From a virus (lineage: Duplodnaviria > Caudoviricetes), in IMG/VR virus record IMGVR_UViG_3300027749_000034: a stretch of DNA of 64,000 nucleotides, one strand, 5' to 3'. The notes below the pieces were generated by a model. It saw only the letters and a list, made by a program, of their open reading frames with translations. It did not search any database and was not told where the DNA came from. Position 1 is the stretch's first letter. Each line of letters opens with the position of its first letter. The position numbers and the translations under genes were made by a program. Below, piece by piece: positions 1-7,966 of this stretch.

Positions 1-2
1 GC

Positions 3-584
3 GAACAGGCTTCAGGCATCATTGGCAAAGGTTGGAGTGGCAAAAGTGCAAGAGAATATATACCAAAATTGTACCATGATATCTGGAATAAAAAAGTAGC
101 GCAGACGCTCAGTTTCATTGTTGGATTAACCGGCGACACAAGAGAATCTTTGCTGGACACAGCACACTGGTTTGTTGACAACGATCTTTATAACATAACC
201 TGGTCGTCATTGGGTCTTAGTAATCTAGGGGCTGTGCCCGGTCGACACGCCAGCGAATTTGAAAAAAATGCAACCAAATATGGATATGAATTTGTTGAAT
301 TTATAGCTGATAATCGAAGAAAGACCAAGGGGTATTATTGGAAGACTGATTATTGGACTCTGCGAGATGCTGACAAATATGTGCAAGAAGTATTACGACC
401 GGTGACCAACAAATCAAATGCGCCACATGGCAGTTGGACACTTTTGCAGTTTATGCAATATCCTGGTGTGACCGAAGAAAATTTGACCAAAGAAAATTCT
501 AAAAAAATTGTAGCTGACCTTGATCTACGCCTGCAACAAAAATTATGGATCAATGCGTATGTAGGAAAAATGCTTGCTCTTTAA
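3..584 (+). CDS. 5'-truncated protein, probable C-terminal part of a radical SAM enzyme
   Basis: Frame is open from nt 3 (EQASGIIGKGWSGK...SFIVGLTGDT); the SFIVGL-x-x-[DE]T segment resembles radical SAM beta-5 region; CxxxCxxC is not in the window. Confidence 0.5.
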   Translation, partial: EQASGIIGKGWSGKSAREYIPKLYHDIWNKKVAQTLSFIVGLTGDTRESLLDTAHWFVDNDLYNITWSSLGLSNLGAVPGRHASEFEKNATKYGYEFVEFIADNRRKTKGYYWKTDYWTLRDADKYVQEVLRPVTNKSNAPHGSWTLLQFMQYPGVTEENLTKENSKKIVADLDLRLQQKLWINAYVGKMLAL

Positions 585-602
585 GCGCAAATCACATATA
601 AT
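574..602 (+). promoter_or_regulatory. sigma70-type promoter, probably leaderless transcript
   Basis: TTGCTC-N17-TATAAT, ATG 609 six nt downstream, no SD. Confidence 0.55.
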
Positions 603-608
603 ATACAC

Positions 609-1127
609 ATGCCTTGGATTGAAAACATACCTTTAGAAAATGTAGCCACCGGACGTCATCATGATTGCGGTGACAACAGTATGCTGATCCAAATTTCGGA
701 TCATGACATGGCGTTTCCTACTCCCAAACATCACTTCAAAGAAGTACACAAATTTACATTTTTGGACATTGAAGAAGATGGCATGACCAACACAGGTGAT
801 GGTAGAACCATTGACATGAGCGAGTTTGCCATTACAGATGCACAGGCCGCAGAGCTTGTGCGCTTGTTGCAACATGCCTTTGAAAATCGCATGAATGTTG
901 TGGTTCACTGTCATGCCGGTGTTTGCCGTTCAGGTGCTGTGGCAGAAGTTGGTGTTATGATGGGCTTTGCAGATTGCGAGCGTTTTCGTATTCCAAACCT
1001 GTTGGTCAAGCATAAAATGATGCGGGTGCTTGGATGGACCTACGATGAGCAGGAAAAGTCCTACGATGTAAACGGTACTGTTAACGAATGGGGCTTTATA
1101 CTGCCCAATCATGACGGAGATATTTAA
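609..1127 (+). CDS. protein tyrosine/dual-specificity phosphatase-like protein
   Basis: HCHAGVCRSG = HCxxGxxRS P-loop. Confidence 0.8.
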   Translation: MPWIENIPLENVATGRHHDCGDNSMLIQISDHDMAFPTPKHHFKEVHKFTFLDIEEDGMTNTGDGRTIDMSEFAITDAQAAELVRLLQHAFENRMNVVVHCHAGVCRSGAVAEVGVMMGFADCERFRIPNLLVKHKMMRVLGWTYDEQEKSYDVNGTVNEWGFILPNHDGDI

Positions 1128-1306
1128 TGGATTGGTTACGCTATAGCGGCCTATGGATAACTGTAATTTTCAACCCATTCCATTGGCGCATTTCTTACTG
1201 CATTGATTCAACCCAGGCCGAATGGCCAAGCCCCAGTCGCCGAGAAATTGTAATACAGGTCATCATGCTGTCATTCAGGCTAGTTGTCGACAATGGTGAC
1301 TGGTAA
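1127..1306 (+). CDS. small hypothetical protein (59 aa, MDWLRYSGLW...)
   Basis: TAATG overlap with upstream gene, fills the gap exactly. Confidence 0.65.
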   Translation: MDWLRYSGLWITVIFNPFHWRISYCIDSTQAEWPSPSRREIVIQVIMLSFRLVVDNGDW

Positions 1307-1309
1307 GTA
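1304..1309 (+). promoter_or_regulatory. T4-late-like promoter box
   Basis: TAAGTA-N5-ATG(1315). Confidence 0.55.
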
Positions 1310-1314
1310 TCGTT

Positions 1315-2277
1315 ATGAAATACGGCCTAGACGAAAACGACAAATATTGGATTGAATATACCAGCCTGCCCAGACCCATTGGAAACATGCGGCAAGAATT
1401 GGATTTGGCCTGTCAGCGCATTGCCAACGAAAGGAAAACAATAATCAGTCTAAGCAGTGGTTTAGACAGCCAAGTTGTACTGCATAGCTTTATACAACAA
1501 GGCTTGCCACATGAATGTGCGTTTATGTATCATCCTGGCTTTAATGATTCTGAATTTCAAAATATTAAAATCTTAGAGAAAAAATACAACTTTAAATGCA
1601 ATATCATTGACATTGATCCAATGGCTATAAAAGATGAAATAGAAGCGTTGTCGACTGCAACAAGGATACCACCACAACATCATATCAAAGCAAAATTTCT
1701 AGACCAACTTGATCAAGCTTGTCATGTGCTAGAAGGTCCAGAAAACCCAGACCTATTTGTAAACAACAACAATTTAAAATTGTCAGCCGCCGATGAGGGT
1801 ACTTGGCGCATGATGGAAAGTTACAATGCCATTGACACAACATCAGCTTGGTTCCATGCAAATCGACAAAACCCCACTGTGTATTTAGATAGACGAAGTT
1901 TGCATCAGGAATTTGCCATCAGCATGCTGATTGACGACATTGCAGTGGCCTATAGGCATGCATTTCCATATATTAAAGAAAACGGCATGGTAGATCCAAA
2001 AACTGGAAAAGCACCATTGTGGATCATCTGGGGCTGGGGCCTGTATATCAAGCCTATTCAATTTGGCAAGTATTGGGGCAATGAGCTAGAATATTTTCCA
2101 AAATTTGCTGTGCAAAAAGAAATAGATTATGTAGCAACTCCCAAAGTAATACACGACTATCTGGCACGAGTAATTTTCATCGACCTAGACCGGCACTTGG
2201 AGTTGATGTGCGATTATGGATCAAATCGCACAATAAAGCATACGCAAACATATATACAAAATGCAAAAAACATTTAA
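1315..2277 (+). CDS. PP-loop (adenine nucleotide alpha-hydrolase) ATPase, Asn-synthetase-like
   Basis: ISLSSGLDS motif near N-terminus. Confidence 0.65.
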   Translation: MKYGLDENDKYWIEYTSLPRPIGNMRQELDLACQRIANERKTIISLSSGLDSQVVLHSFIQQGLPHECAFMYHPGFNDSEFQNIKILEKKYNFKCNIIDIDPMAIKDEIEALSTATRIPPQHHIKAKFLDQLDQACHVLEGPENPDLFVNNNNLKLSAADEGTWRMMESYNAIDTTSAWFHANRQNPTVYLDRRSLHQEFAISMLIDDIAVAYRHAFPYIKENGMVDPKTGKAPLWIIWGWGLYIKPIQFGKYWGNELEYFPKFAVQKEIDYVATPKVIHDYLARVIFIDLDRHLELMCDYGSNRTIKHTQTYIQNAKNI

Positions 2278-3469
2278 TAAAAATCTAGGTTATTATGTAT
2301 GTAATGATATTGATTTTCATTCTAAAATTGAAGCATGTATATATGGAACAAAAGTCAACCAGCCAGTACGCTGGATGTTCAACAACGCAGTTTTTAACTC
2401 ACACAATTGGGCAGTGGAACCTAGTGAAACATTAGATCAGTTGTATGATTCCCGTGCAAGACAGCTTCGTGAAAAGTATGACTATGTTATATTAAGCTAC
2501 TCGGGCGGCGCAGACAGCAACAACATCTACGAAAGCTTTCGTAGACAAGGCCTGCACATTGATGAAATTGTAGTTAATACAATGACAAAGGCCAGCGAAA
2601 AGTTTATTACAGTAGATGCAAACAGTAAAAATTCTTACAATGGTCCAGAAAGCGAACATCAATTGCATTTGTTGCCGCGCTTACGCACAATCGAAAATGA
2701 AATGCCTCGAACCAAGATTCGTATCTTTGATCTAAGTGACACATTATTTGAAAGCCTGGCCAACACAGATGAAAGTTGGGTATTGAATCAAAAGGAAGGT
2801 CTTAATCCAATTGGTATTACACGATTTAACTATCTGAGTTTTGATGAAGTCAAGCGTGATTTTGACCGCGGCAAGAGTACTTGTTTAATTACAGGAGTTG
2901 AAAAGCCCAGAGTTATAATTCGAGAAAACAATTTATTAATGCGGTTCAACGATCGTAGTGCCAATATCAACACAGTGGCAGAGCATATCAAAGAATATGA
3001 AAACTGCACAGTGGAATATTTTTATTGGGCTCCAGAAAGTGTGCGTATGTTGATCAAGCAAGGACATGTTATCAAGAAATATCTAGAGGCGTTCCCTGCT
3101 CAACAAGAATTTTGGCTAGAACACAGAGTTACTCCAGCGTTGACACGCCTGATGCACGAGCGTGTGTTAAGAAATCTGCTGTACACAACCTGGCAAGAAG
3201 AGTGGTTTCAGGCAGACAAAGCAGTGAGTGATTGGTACAGTGAGTTTGATCGTTGGTTCATTGATCATTACAAAGACACGTCAGCTTGGCGAAATTGGCA
3301 TGCTGGTATTGACTATGTTAAGAACAATTTAAAACCATTTTTAAAATCAAATGGACGCGGAATTCCAGACGGTTTAAAGCCAGTGGCACACATTTATAAT
3401 CTTGGACCAATCAAATTAGCAACCAACACATGGCTAATTGGAGAAAGCGGACAAAACAGACCACCATGA
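2261..3469 (+). CDS. PP-loop ATPase, Asn-synthetase-like
   Basis: ILSYSGGADS motif. Confidence 0.7.
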   Translation: MQKTFNKNLGYYVCNDIDFHSKIEACIYGTKVNQPVRWMFNNAVFNSHNWAVEPSETLDQLYDSRARQLREKYDYVILSYSGGADSNNIYESFRRQGLHIDEIVVNTMTKASEKFITVDANSKNSYNGPESEHQLHLLPRLRTIENEMPRTKIRIFDLSDTLFESLANTDESWVLNQKEGLNPIGITRFNYLSFDEVKRDFDRGKSTCLITGVEKPRVIIRENNLLMRFNDRSANINTVAEHIKEYENCTVEYFYWAPESVRMLIKQGHVIKKYLEAFPAQQEFWLEHRVTPALTRLMHERVLRNLLYTTWQEEWFQADKAVSDWYSEFDRWFIDHYKDTSAWRNWHAGIDYVKNNLKPFLKSNGRGIPDGLKPVAHIYNLGPIKLATNTWLIGESGQNRPP

Positions 3470-4107
3470 CATATAAAAACTACCATATTCCAATGCCCAA
3501 GTTCAATCCAACAGAGGCCGAACAGAAATGGGCATTGGAGAATATTGCACCCGAGTTGGAGCCAGCATTGAAATTGATCAAAGGTGCATTTGACAGAGTT
3601 GACGTGCCGCAAGAGTTATTTAGACCATGGCCTCAGCGTGATGCAGTACTGGCGCACTTTGATGAATTAAAATTGGAATTTAAAAGATTTGCCGGTTTTA
3701 TTTCACATCCTGGTCAATGCCCCAAGAGTGCTCATATAGATGCACTTGAACGCGGTGTAGCAATGGTAGCCCGTTTTAATATTCCCATACAAGGATTAAG
3801 TCCAGTCACACTGGATTGGTGGAATGACGGAATTGACAGCGATCGAATTGGCGAGCGTGTGTTCACTGAACTTAGAAATGGCGTAGAAAAACCAGCCTAC
3901 AGCTTTAAATCTCTAATAGATGACTGGGGTACCACCCCAGCGTTTACGGTGCTAGATCCAGGAGCATGTTGGAACAGGACTGAAATTGCACACAGAGCAC
4001 AAAGCCCCAACTGTGCTGTCAGCAGGATTCAAATCACAGCAGAAGTTAAACAACAAATTGCCTGGACTGAATTGGTTGCCAGACTAGAACGCCTGGGCTA
4101 CTGTTGA
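3466..4107 (+). CDS. cupin/2OG-Fe(II) oxygenase-like hypothetical
   Basis: AHID (HxD) and distal IAHRA; ATGA overlap with upstream gene. Confidence 0.45.
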   Translation: MTYKNYHIPMPKFNPTEAEQKWALENIAPELEPALKLIKGAFDRVDVPQELFRPWPQRDAVLAHFDELKLEFKRFAGFISHPGQCPKSAHIDALERGVAMVARFNIPIQGLSPVTLDWWNDGIDSDRIGERVFTELRNGVEKPAYSFKSLIDDWGTTPAFTVLDPGACWNRTEIAHRAQSPNCAVSRIQITAEVKQQIAWTELVARLERLGYC

Positions 4108-4111
4108 CCCA

Positions 4112-4140
4112 TTGACAATCTGTGGCGATTGCTGTATAAT
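4112..4140 (+). promoter_or_regulatory. consensus sigma70 promoter
   Basis: TTGACA-N17-TATAAT. Confidence 0.85.
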
Positions 4141-4170
4141 AGCAGTAATCGCTTTTCTTTTGGAGAAATT

Positions 4171-4581
4171 ATGTTAGAATGTTTGATCTTAGGTGACAGT
4201 ATTGCAGTAGGCACACAGCAATTCCGACAGGAATGTGCGCTGATAGGCAAAGGTGGAATCAACACAGCACAATGGAATCGTATGTATCGGAGTCGAGATC
4301 TAACTGCCCGCAATGTTATTATTAGCTTGGGTACAAACGATCACGCCGGTGTCAATACCTTTCGGGAATTGATGGACATGCGTATGCGTGTGGATGCTGA
4401 TCATGTGTTTTGGATCTTGCCGCCTTGCAATGACAAATTCTGCAAACCCGCAGTGAATGAAGTAGTTGAACTTATTGCTCGAAACTTTAATGACACTGTT
4501 ATTGGCACTAAAAAACTACAAACAGATGCCATACACCCCAGCTGGTCAGGGTACCAAGAACTGGGCCAAAAGACAAAATAA
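4171..4581 (+). CDS. SGNH/GDSL hydrolase
   Basis: LGDS, GTND and DAIHP blocks; GGAG SD before ATG 4171. Confidence 0.8.
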   Translation: MLECLILGDSIAVGTQQFRQECALIGKGGINTAQWNRMYRSRDLTARNVIISLGTNDHAGVNTFRELMDMRMRVDADHVFWILPPCNDKFCKPAVNEVVELIARNFNDTVIGTKKLQTDAIHPSWSGYQELGQKTK

Positions 4582-4646
4582 CTGCGGTCCAAAATAAATA
4601 GTCCATACAACTTAGAGTTGAATTTAAGTTAACATGGGTTATTTCA

Positions 4647-5696
4647 ATGACAATCAGATCGTCAGGCGCACTGCCTGCCAGTGAAATCAATGCCGAACTC
4701 GGGCTCGCTTCAACCGCACAAATTGGCATTGGTGGAGCAGTACCTAGAGGCCTAGCTGGCGTTGCGTCAGGTGCTATTGCATTCAGCAACTTTTATGGCA
4801 AGGCCAATCTGACACCGGGCAATGGCGGTCTATTCACAACATCAACCACATTTACAGTACCCAGCTCATCTGGCGGAACACTCAAAATATTAAGCATTGG
4901 TGGTGGTGGTGGCGGTGGCGGTGGAACAAATCGTTGTGCTGTTTATCTGTATGTGGGTGGCGGAGGAGGTGGCTCCGGAGAAATCACATTAAAAACAGTG
5001 ACCGTGACACCTGGTACAGTTTTGACAATCACAGTTGGTGCCGCAGGTTCAGCTGGCGGACAGCGTGATGGACAATATGGCGGCGGTGCCGCAGGTGGCA
5101 CAGGCGGTACTACCACTGTCAAAAACGGTGCCACTATTTTGACCGGTGCAGGTGGCGGAGGAGGTGGCGCACTTTCTCAACAGCCGTCGTCGTCACCTAT
5201 TCTTGACAACTATAGTGCTCACTTTAACCAAAGCGTTATCAATACAGCGGCCAGCACAATTTTAGCGGCCGGAGGCGCAGGTGGTTCAGGTGGCGGAGGT
5301 GGTTCAGGCTACACAAATCCGTTTGCCAGCGTGGCCGGCAATGGCACTTCTTATGCAGGTACCACCTACATGGGCGGCGGCGATGGCGGCCGTGGCTACA
5401 CCATCGATACCACCAGTGGCGTGGCTACACCATACGGCACAGGTTCTGCAGGTCGTGGCGGACGAGGAAATGTTGGCCCACAAATCCAGCTGGACAAGGG
5501 TTACTATTATTTCACGCCACAAAATAGCTGTAAAGGCGGTTCGCCTGCCGCAGGAAACTACATTGCTCAAGCAGGAAGCACCTATGGAGGTGGTGGTGGT
5601 GGTGGTGGTATGGACAACGAATATTGCGGTACCACTGGTAAAGCCACTGGTGTTGCTGGATCGGGCGGCGCTGTATTCATCTGGTGGGGTTATTGA
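4647..5696 (+). CDS. glycine-rich virion/tail-fibre-like protein
   Basis: N-terminal SSGALPASEINAELG...FSNFYGK module followed by GGGG-rich repeats typical of phage structural glycine-rich proteins. Confidence 0.7.
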   Translation: MTIRSSGALPASEINAELGLASTAQIGIGGAVPRGLAGVASGAIAFSNFYGKANLTPGNGGLFTTSTTFTVPSSSGGTLKILSIGGGGGGGGGTNRCAVYLYVGGGGGGSGEITLKTVTVTPGTVLTITVGAAGSAGGQRDGQYGGGAAGGTGGTTTVKNGATILTGAGGGGGGALSQQPSSSPILDNYSAHFNQSVINTAASTILAAGGAGGSGGGGGSGYTNPFASVAGNGTSYAGTTYMGGGDGGRGYTIDTTSGVATPYGTGSAGRGGRGNVGPQIQLDKGYYYFTPQNSCKGGSPAAGNYIAQAGSTYGGGGGGGGMDNEYCGTTGKATGVAGSGGAVFIWWGY

Positions 5697-5697
5697 C

Positions 5698-6090
5698 ATG
5701 AGCGCACCAGCTATCACAATTGGATGTGTGTCCAATCTCTACAGCAGACAAATGCACTTTGTCAATGCAGGCGATGTTGAACTGGGTCATACTCACTTGT
5801 ATGATCATTTCACATTGTTGGCCGCTGGTAGTCTTAGAGTCACTGTAGATGGTGCTGATAATGTGTTTACTGCACCACATATGATTTTCATTAAAAAAGA
5901 CAAAAATCATAGATTAGAAGCACTGGAGAACAACACAGTGGCCTACTGTATACATGCTCTTAGAAACAATGACGGATCAGGTGATATAATGGATCCCAAC
6001 ATGATACCCATGATACCACCTGATGGTGGTACCTATCAACCAGGCTCCGAAGGCCTAGTGACTCCGAGTTTACCCGATTGGATGAAATAA
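5698..6090 (+). CDS. cupin-domain protein
   Basis: GHTHLYDH...NHRLEA; real start is ATG 5698, not 5281. Confidence 0.7.
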   Translation: MSAPAITIGCVSNLYSRQMHFVNAGDVELGHTHLYDHFTLLAAGSLRVTVDGADNVFTAPHMIFIKKDKNHRLEALENNTVAYCIHALRNNDGSGDIMDPNMIPMIPPDGGTYQPGSEGLVTPSLPDWMK

Positions 6091-6093
6091 CAA

Positions 6094-6153
6094 ATGGCAC
6101 TACAATCATCCGGAGCCATGAATGCCAGTGATATCAATGCCGAACTCACATAA
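6094..6153 (+). pseudogene. 19-codon remnant of a paralog of the glycine-rich gene
   Basis: MALQSSGAMNASDINAELT* vs MTIRSSGALPASEINAELG; shared DNA GCCAGTGA-x-ATCAATGCCGAACTC. Confidence 0.75.
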
Positions 6154-6171
6154 TGTTGTAAAAATACAACA
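6154..6171. repeat. 18-bp palindrome TGTTGTA-AAAA-TACAACA (copy 1)
   Basis: Perfect 7-bp inverted repeat just before a -35 box. Confidence 0.85.
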
Positions 6172-6175
6172 CCGG

Positions 6176-6203
6176 TTGACAAACTGATTTTTTGTGCTAT
6201 AAT
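6176..6203 (+). promoter_or_regulatory. sigma70 promoter
   Basis: TTGACA-N16-TATAAT with TGn extended -10. Confidence 0.8.
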
Positions 6204-6223
6204 AGTCTTTTAGAAGGATTTAT

Positions 6224-6445
6224 ATGACCAACAAACAACGAGCTGTATTTGAAACTGTCAAGATGGTTGTAATTTTTATTGTAATGGGTCTGACATTCAG
6301 TACCATCATACAAACTGGCTATGGCGTATACTTGGGTATTGCCATGGTTGCACTTGGCGTGGTGTATGCATTGATCATGATGTATGAAATGAAGCTGGGC
6401 CAAATTGAATCAAAACAAAGACTAGACGAACTATCAAAAAATTAA
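6224..6445 (+). CDS. small two-TM membrane protein
   Basis: Two hydrophobic segments; GAAGGA SD. Confidence 0.7.
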   Translation: MTNKQRAVFETVKMVVIFIVMGLTFSTIIQTGYGVYLGIAMVALGVVYALIMMYEMKLGQIESKQRLDELSKN

Positions 6446-6472
6446 TAATTTTAGCCTTAACGCAACAAGAGG

Positions 6473-6501
6473 TTGACAACAAGGCTAAGTAAGTGTACAA
6501 T
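6473..6501 (+). promoter_or_regulatory. sigma70 promoter (leaderless)
   Basis: TTGACA-N17-TACAAT, ATG 6509 seven nt downstream. Confidence 0.8.
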
Positions 6502-6508
6502 GATTACT

Positions 6509-6628
6509 ATGACGAACACATTCATATCAAGACTATCGCAGTGGTGCTCAAAACAGAGCATGAGCTTCTGTGACTCCTTTAGTATGAGCTATCATGTTCG
6601 CCATATTCTAGGAGCTCATCCAGGATAA
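6509..6628 (+). CDS. putative 39-aa leader peptide (MTNTFISRLSQWCSKQSMSFCDSFSMSYHVRHILGAHPG)
   Basis: Starts at predicted +1 and ends 21 nt before an intrinsic terminator. Confidence 0.6.
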   Translation: MTNTFISRLSQWCSKQSMSFCDSFSMSYHVRHILGAHPG

Positions 6629-6649
6629 AGTAATCAGACCGTTTACTTG

Positions 6650-6684
6650 AACCCTGGACTAACACTCCGGGGTTTTTTCTTTTT
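6650..6684 (+). terminator. intrinsic terminator / attenuator
   Basis: AACCCTGGA-loop7-TCCGGGGTT stem followed by TTTTCTTTTT. Confidence 0.8.
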
Positions 6685-6697
6685 GTGATAAGGAACA

Positions 6698-6853
6698 ATG
6701 ACATTAGATAAAAAGATCAAAGAAGCAGAGTGGACACGCACTCATACATTGAGCAAAGAGCAGTTACAAAAATTGCTCCGTGACAAGATGAAGAGAGCGC
6801 AACACATGCATCAGTTAAACAAGCGAGAGATGTTGACTCAGAGACATCGTTGA
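6698..6853 (+). CDS. 51-aa basic hypothetical protein
   Basis: AAGGA SD; MTLDKKIKEAEW...QRHR. Confidence 0.65.
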   Translation: MTLDKKIKEAEWTRTHTLSKEQLQKLLRDKMKRAQHMHQLNKREMLTQRHR

Positions 6854-6864
6854 TCGCCAAGTGG

Positions 6865-6894
6865 TTGACAGGAAACGAGGTCCTGTGCTACACT
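6865..6894 (+). promoter_or_regulatory. sigma70 promoter for the RNA array
   Basis: TTGACA-N18-TACACT with TGn. Confidence 0.7.
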
Positions 6895-6957
6895 ATAAAC
6901 AAGCACAAACGGGCGGTACTAGGGATGAAGCACCTTGTGTGGTGTGAAAAATCTAGT

Positions 6958-7050
6958 ATATTAAAGCATATACTTGCCTGACTGCAAACGTCGTGGTAAA
7001 CTACTAGAGAAAGGGGTTCAAATCCCCGGGACTGGTATGTGCTTTAATAT
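6958..7050 (+). ncRNA. tRNA-like RNA closed by a 16-bp helix
   Basis: ATATTAAAGCATATAC/GTATGTGCTTTAATAT stem enclosing GGGG-TTCAAAT-CCCC T-arm. Confidence 0.55.
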
Positions 7051-7098
7051 ACACATTGAGCTGGCCAGGACTGTAATGTCGCAGACAGTGTGTTTAAC

Positions 7099-7183
7099 GG
7101 AGAAGAAGCATCAATGGTGATGCAGTGGACTGTAAATCCGCCGCCTTCGGGCACGACTGGTTCGATCCCAGTATTCTCCACCA
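7099..7183 (+). tRNA. tRNA-Tyr(GTA)
   Basis: Cloverleaf, CTGTAAA loop, long variable arm, CCA. Confidence 0.92.
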
Positions 7184-7188
7184 ATTTA

Positions 7189-7280
7189 GGAAGTGTGGCC
7201 GAGTCCGGTTTATGGCACTAGTCTTGAAAACTAGCGGAGGGTTAAACCTCCCGTGAGTTCGAATCTCACCGCTTCCGCCA
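7189..7280 (+). tRNA. tRNA-Ser(TGA)
   Basis: Cloverleaf, CTTGAAA loop, long variable arm, GCCA. Confidence 0.92.
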
Positions 7281-7287
7281 TGTCAAT

Positions 7288-7362
7288 GGGCCAGTAGCTT
7301 AATGGTAAAGCAACCGACTCATAATCGGTCGAGTCTTGGTTCAATTCCAAGCTGGCCCACCA
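7288..7362 (+). tRNA. tRNA-Ile2/Met(CAT)
   Basis: CTCATAA loop, GGGCC acceptor resembling Ile2, ACCA. Confidence 0.85.
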
Positions 7363-7368
7363 GTTTAT

Positions 7369-7443
7369 GCCCTGTTAGTTCAACGGATAGAATTAGAGTC
7401 TTCGAAACTCAGGATGGTGGTTCGATTCCATCACAGGGCGCCA
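7369..7443 (+). tRNA. tRNA-Arg(TCG)
   Basis: CTTCGAA loop, GCCA end. Confidence 0.88.
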
Positions 7444-7446
7444 AGT

Positions 7447-7646
7447 TTTGTTAGAGTGTCAGCAAGAGAAAGACTCGCTAGAAGGCTTCTTCGAAGGGCC
7501 GACTAATGTTAAAGAAGGACGGGTTCAAGTCCCGTAAACGCAGTGGAGCACCTTTGTCCTGTATCCCAAGTGACTTACCGAATCCCGCTCGAGCTTGTTA
7601 ATTCGGGTGAATGGTGCTTATAATGTGGTAGCACTACTTTAACAAA
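7447..7646 (+). ncRNA. unclassified 200-nt multi-branched RNA with T-arm
   Basis: 12-bp end-to-end stem, ACGGG-TTCAAGT-CCCGT T-arm, GAGCACC/GGTGCTT and further helices; sits between two tRNAs. Confidence 0.65.
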
Positions 7647-7654
7647 TTCAACAT

Positions 7655-7732
7655 GTACAGATGCCCGAGAGGCCCAAGGGAACTGATTGCAAACCAGTAA
7701 AGCCGTCGGTTCAAATCCGACTCTGTACTCCA
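7655..7732 (+). tRNA. tRNA-Cys(GCA)
   Basis: TTGCAAA loop, U73 discriminator, CCA. Confidence 0.9.
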
Positions 7733-7733
7733 A

Positions 7734-7808
7734 GGTAATGTAGCATAATGGTAGTGCGCCTGCTTCATACGCAGTCCAGTGCTAGTTCGACTCTAGCCAT
7801 TACCACCA
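7734..7808 (+). tRNA. tRNA-Met(CAT)
   Basis: TTCATAC loop, GGTAATG/CATTACC acceptor, ACCA. Confidence 0.88.
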
Positions 7809-7828
7809 ATTTTATAGGAGAGCCTGTT

Positions 7829-7966
7829 ATGGCCAGTGTCAAGAAAGGAACGATGACTCGTTCACCACAGTGGTGGAAACACCTTAAAGAATGGAAGCGT
7901 GTGTTCTGGAAAGCAGAACGACAAGCTCACAAAAAAGCGGGTATAGCTCAGTTGGTAGAGCAGTAG
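7829..7966 (+). CDS. 45-aa basic hypothetical protein ending inside tRNA-Lys
   Basis: GGAG SD; MASVKKGTMTRSPQWWKHL...; stop TAG lies within the tRNA. Confidence 0.6.
   Translation: MASVKKGTMTRSPQWWKHLKEWKRVFWKAERQAHKKAGIAQLVEQ

Noticed and set aside
575-586. rRNA-type boxA antiterminator (TGCTCTTTAA)
   Set aside because: Lies in a CDS end and overlaps a -35 box, 6 kb from the RNA array; likely chance
1315-3469. QueC / 7-deazaguanine DNA modification
   Set aside because: PP-loop present, but no C-terminal zinc-binding Cys cluster, and no recognisable queD, folE or dpdA in the window
5281-5697. Long N-terminal extension of the cupin ORF
   Set aside because: Shadow frame of the glycine-rich gene; ATG 5698 follows that gene's stop directly
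6917-6958. Hammerhead ribozyme (GATGA...stem...GAAA)
   Set aside because: Core reads GGGATGA, not CTGATGA, and only one closing stem is available, so the three-way junction cannot form
7447-7646. tmRNA, GOLLD/ROOL or intron-containing tRNA
   Set aside because: No GGGGC 5' end or terminal T-arm+CCA, far shorter than the giant ornate RNAs, and no split cloverleaf
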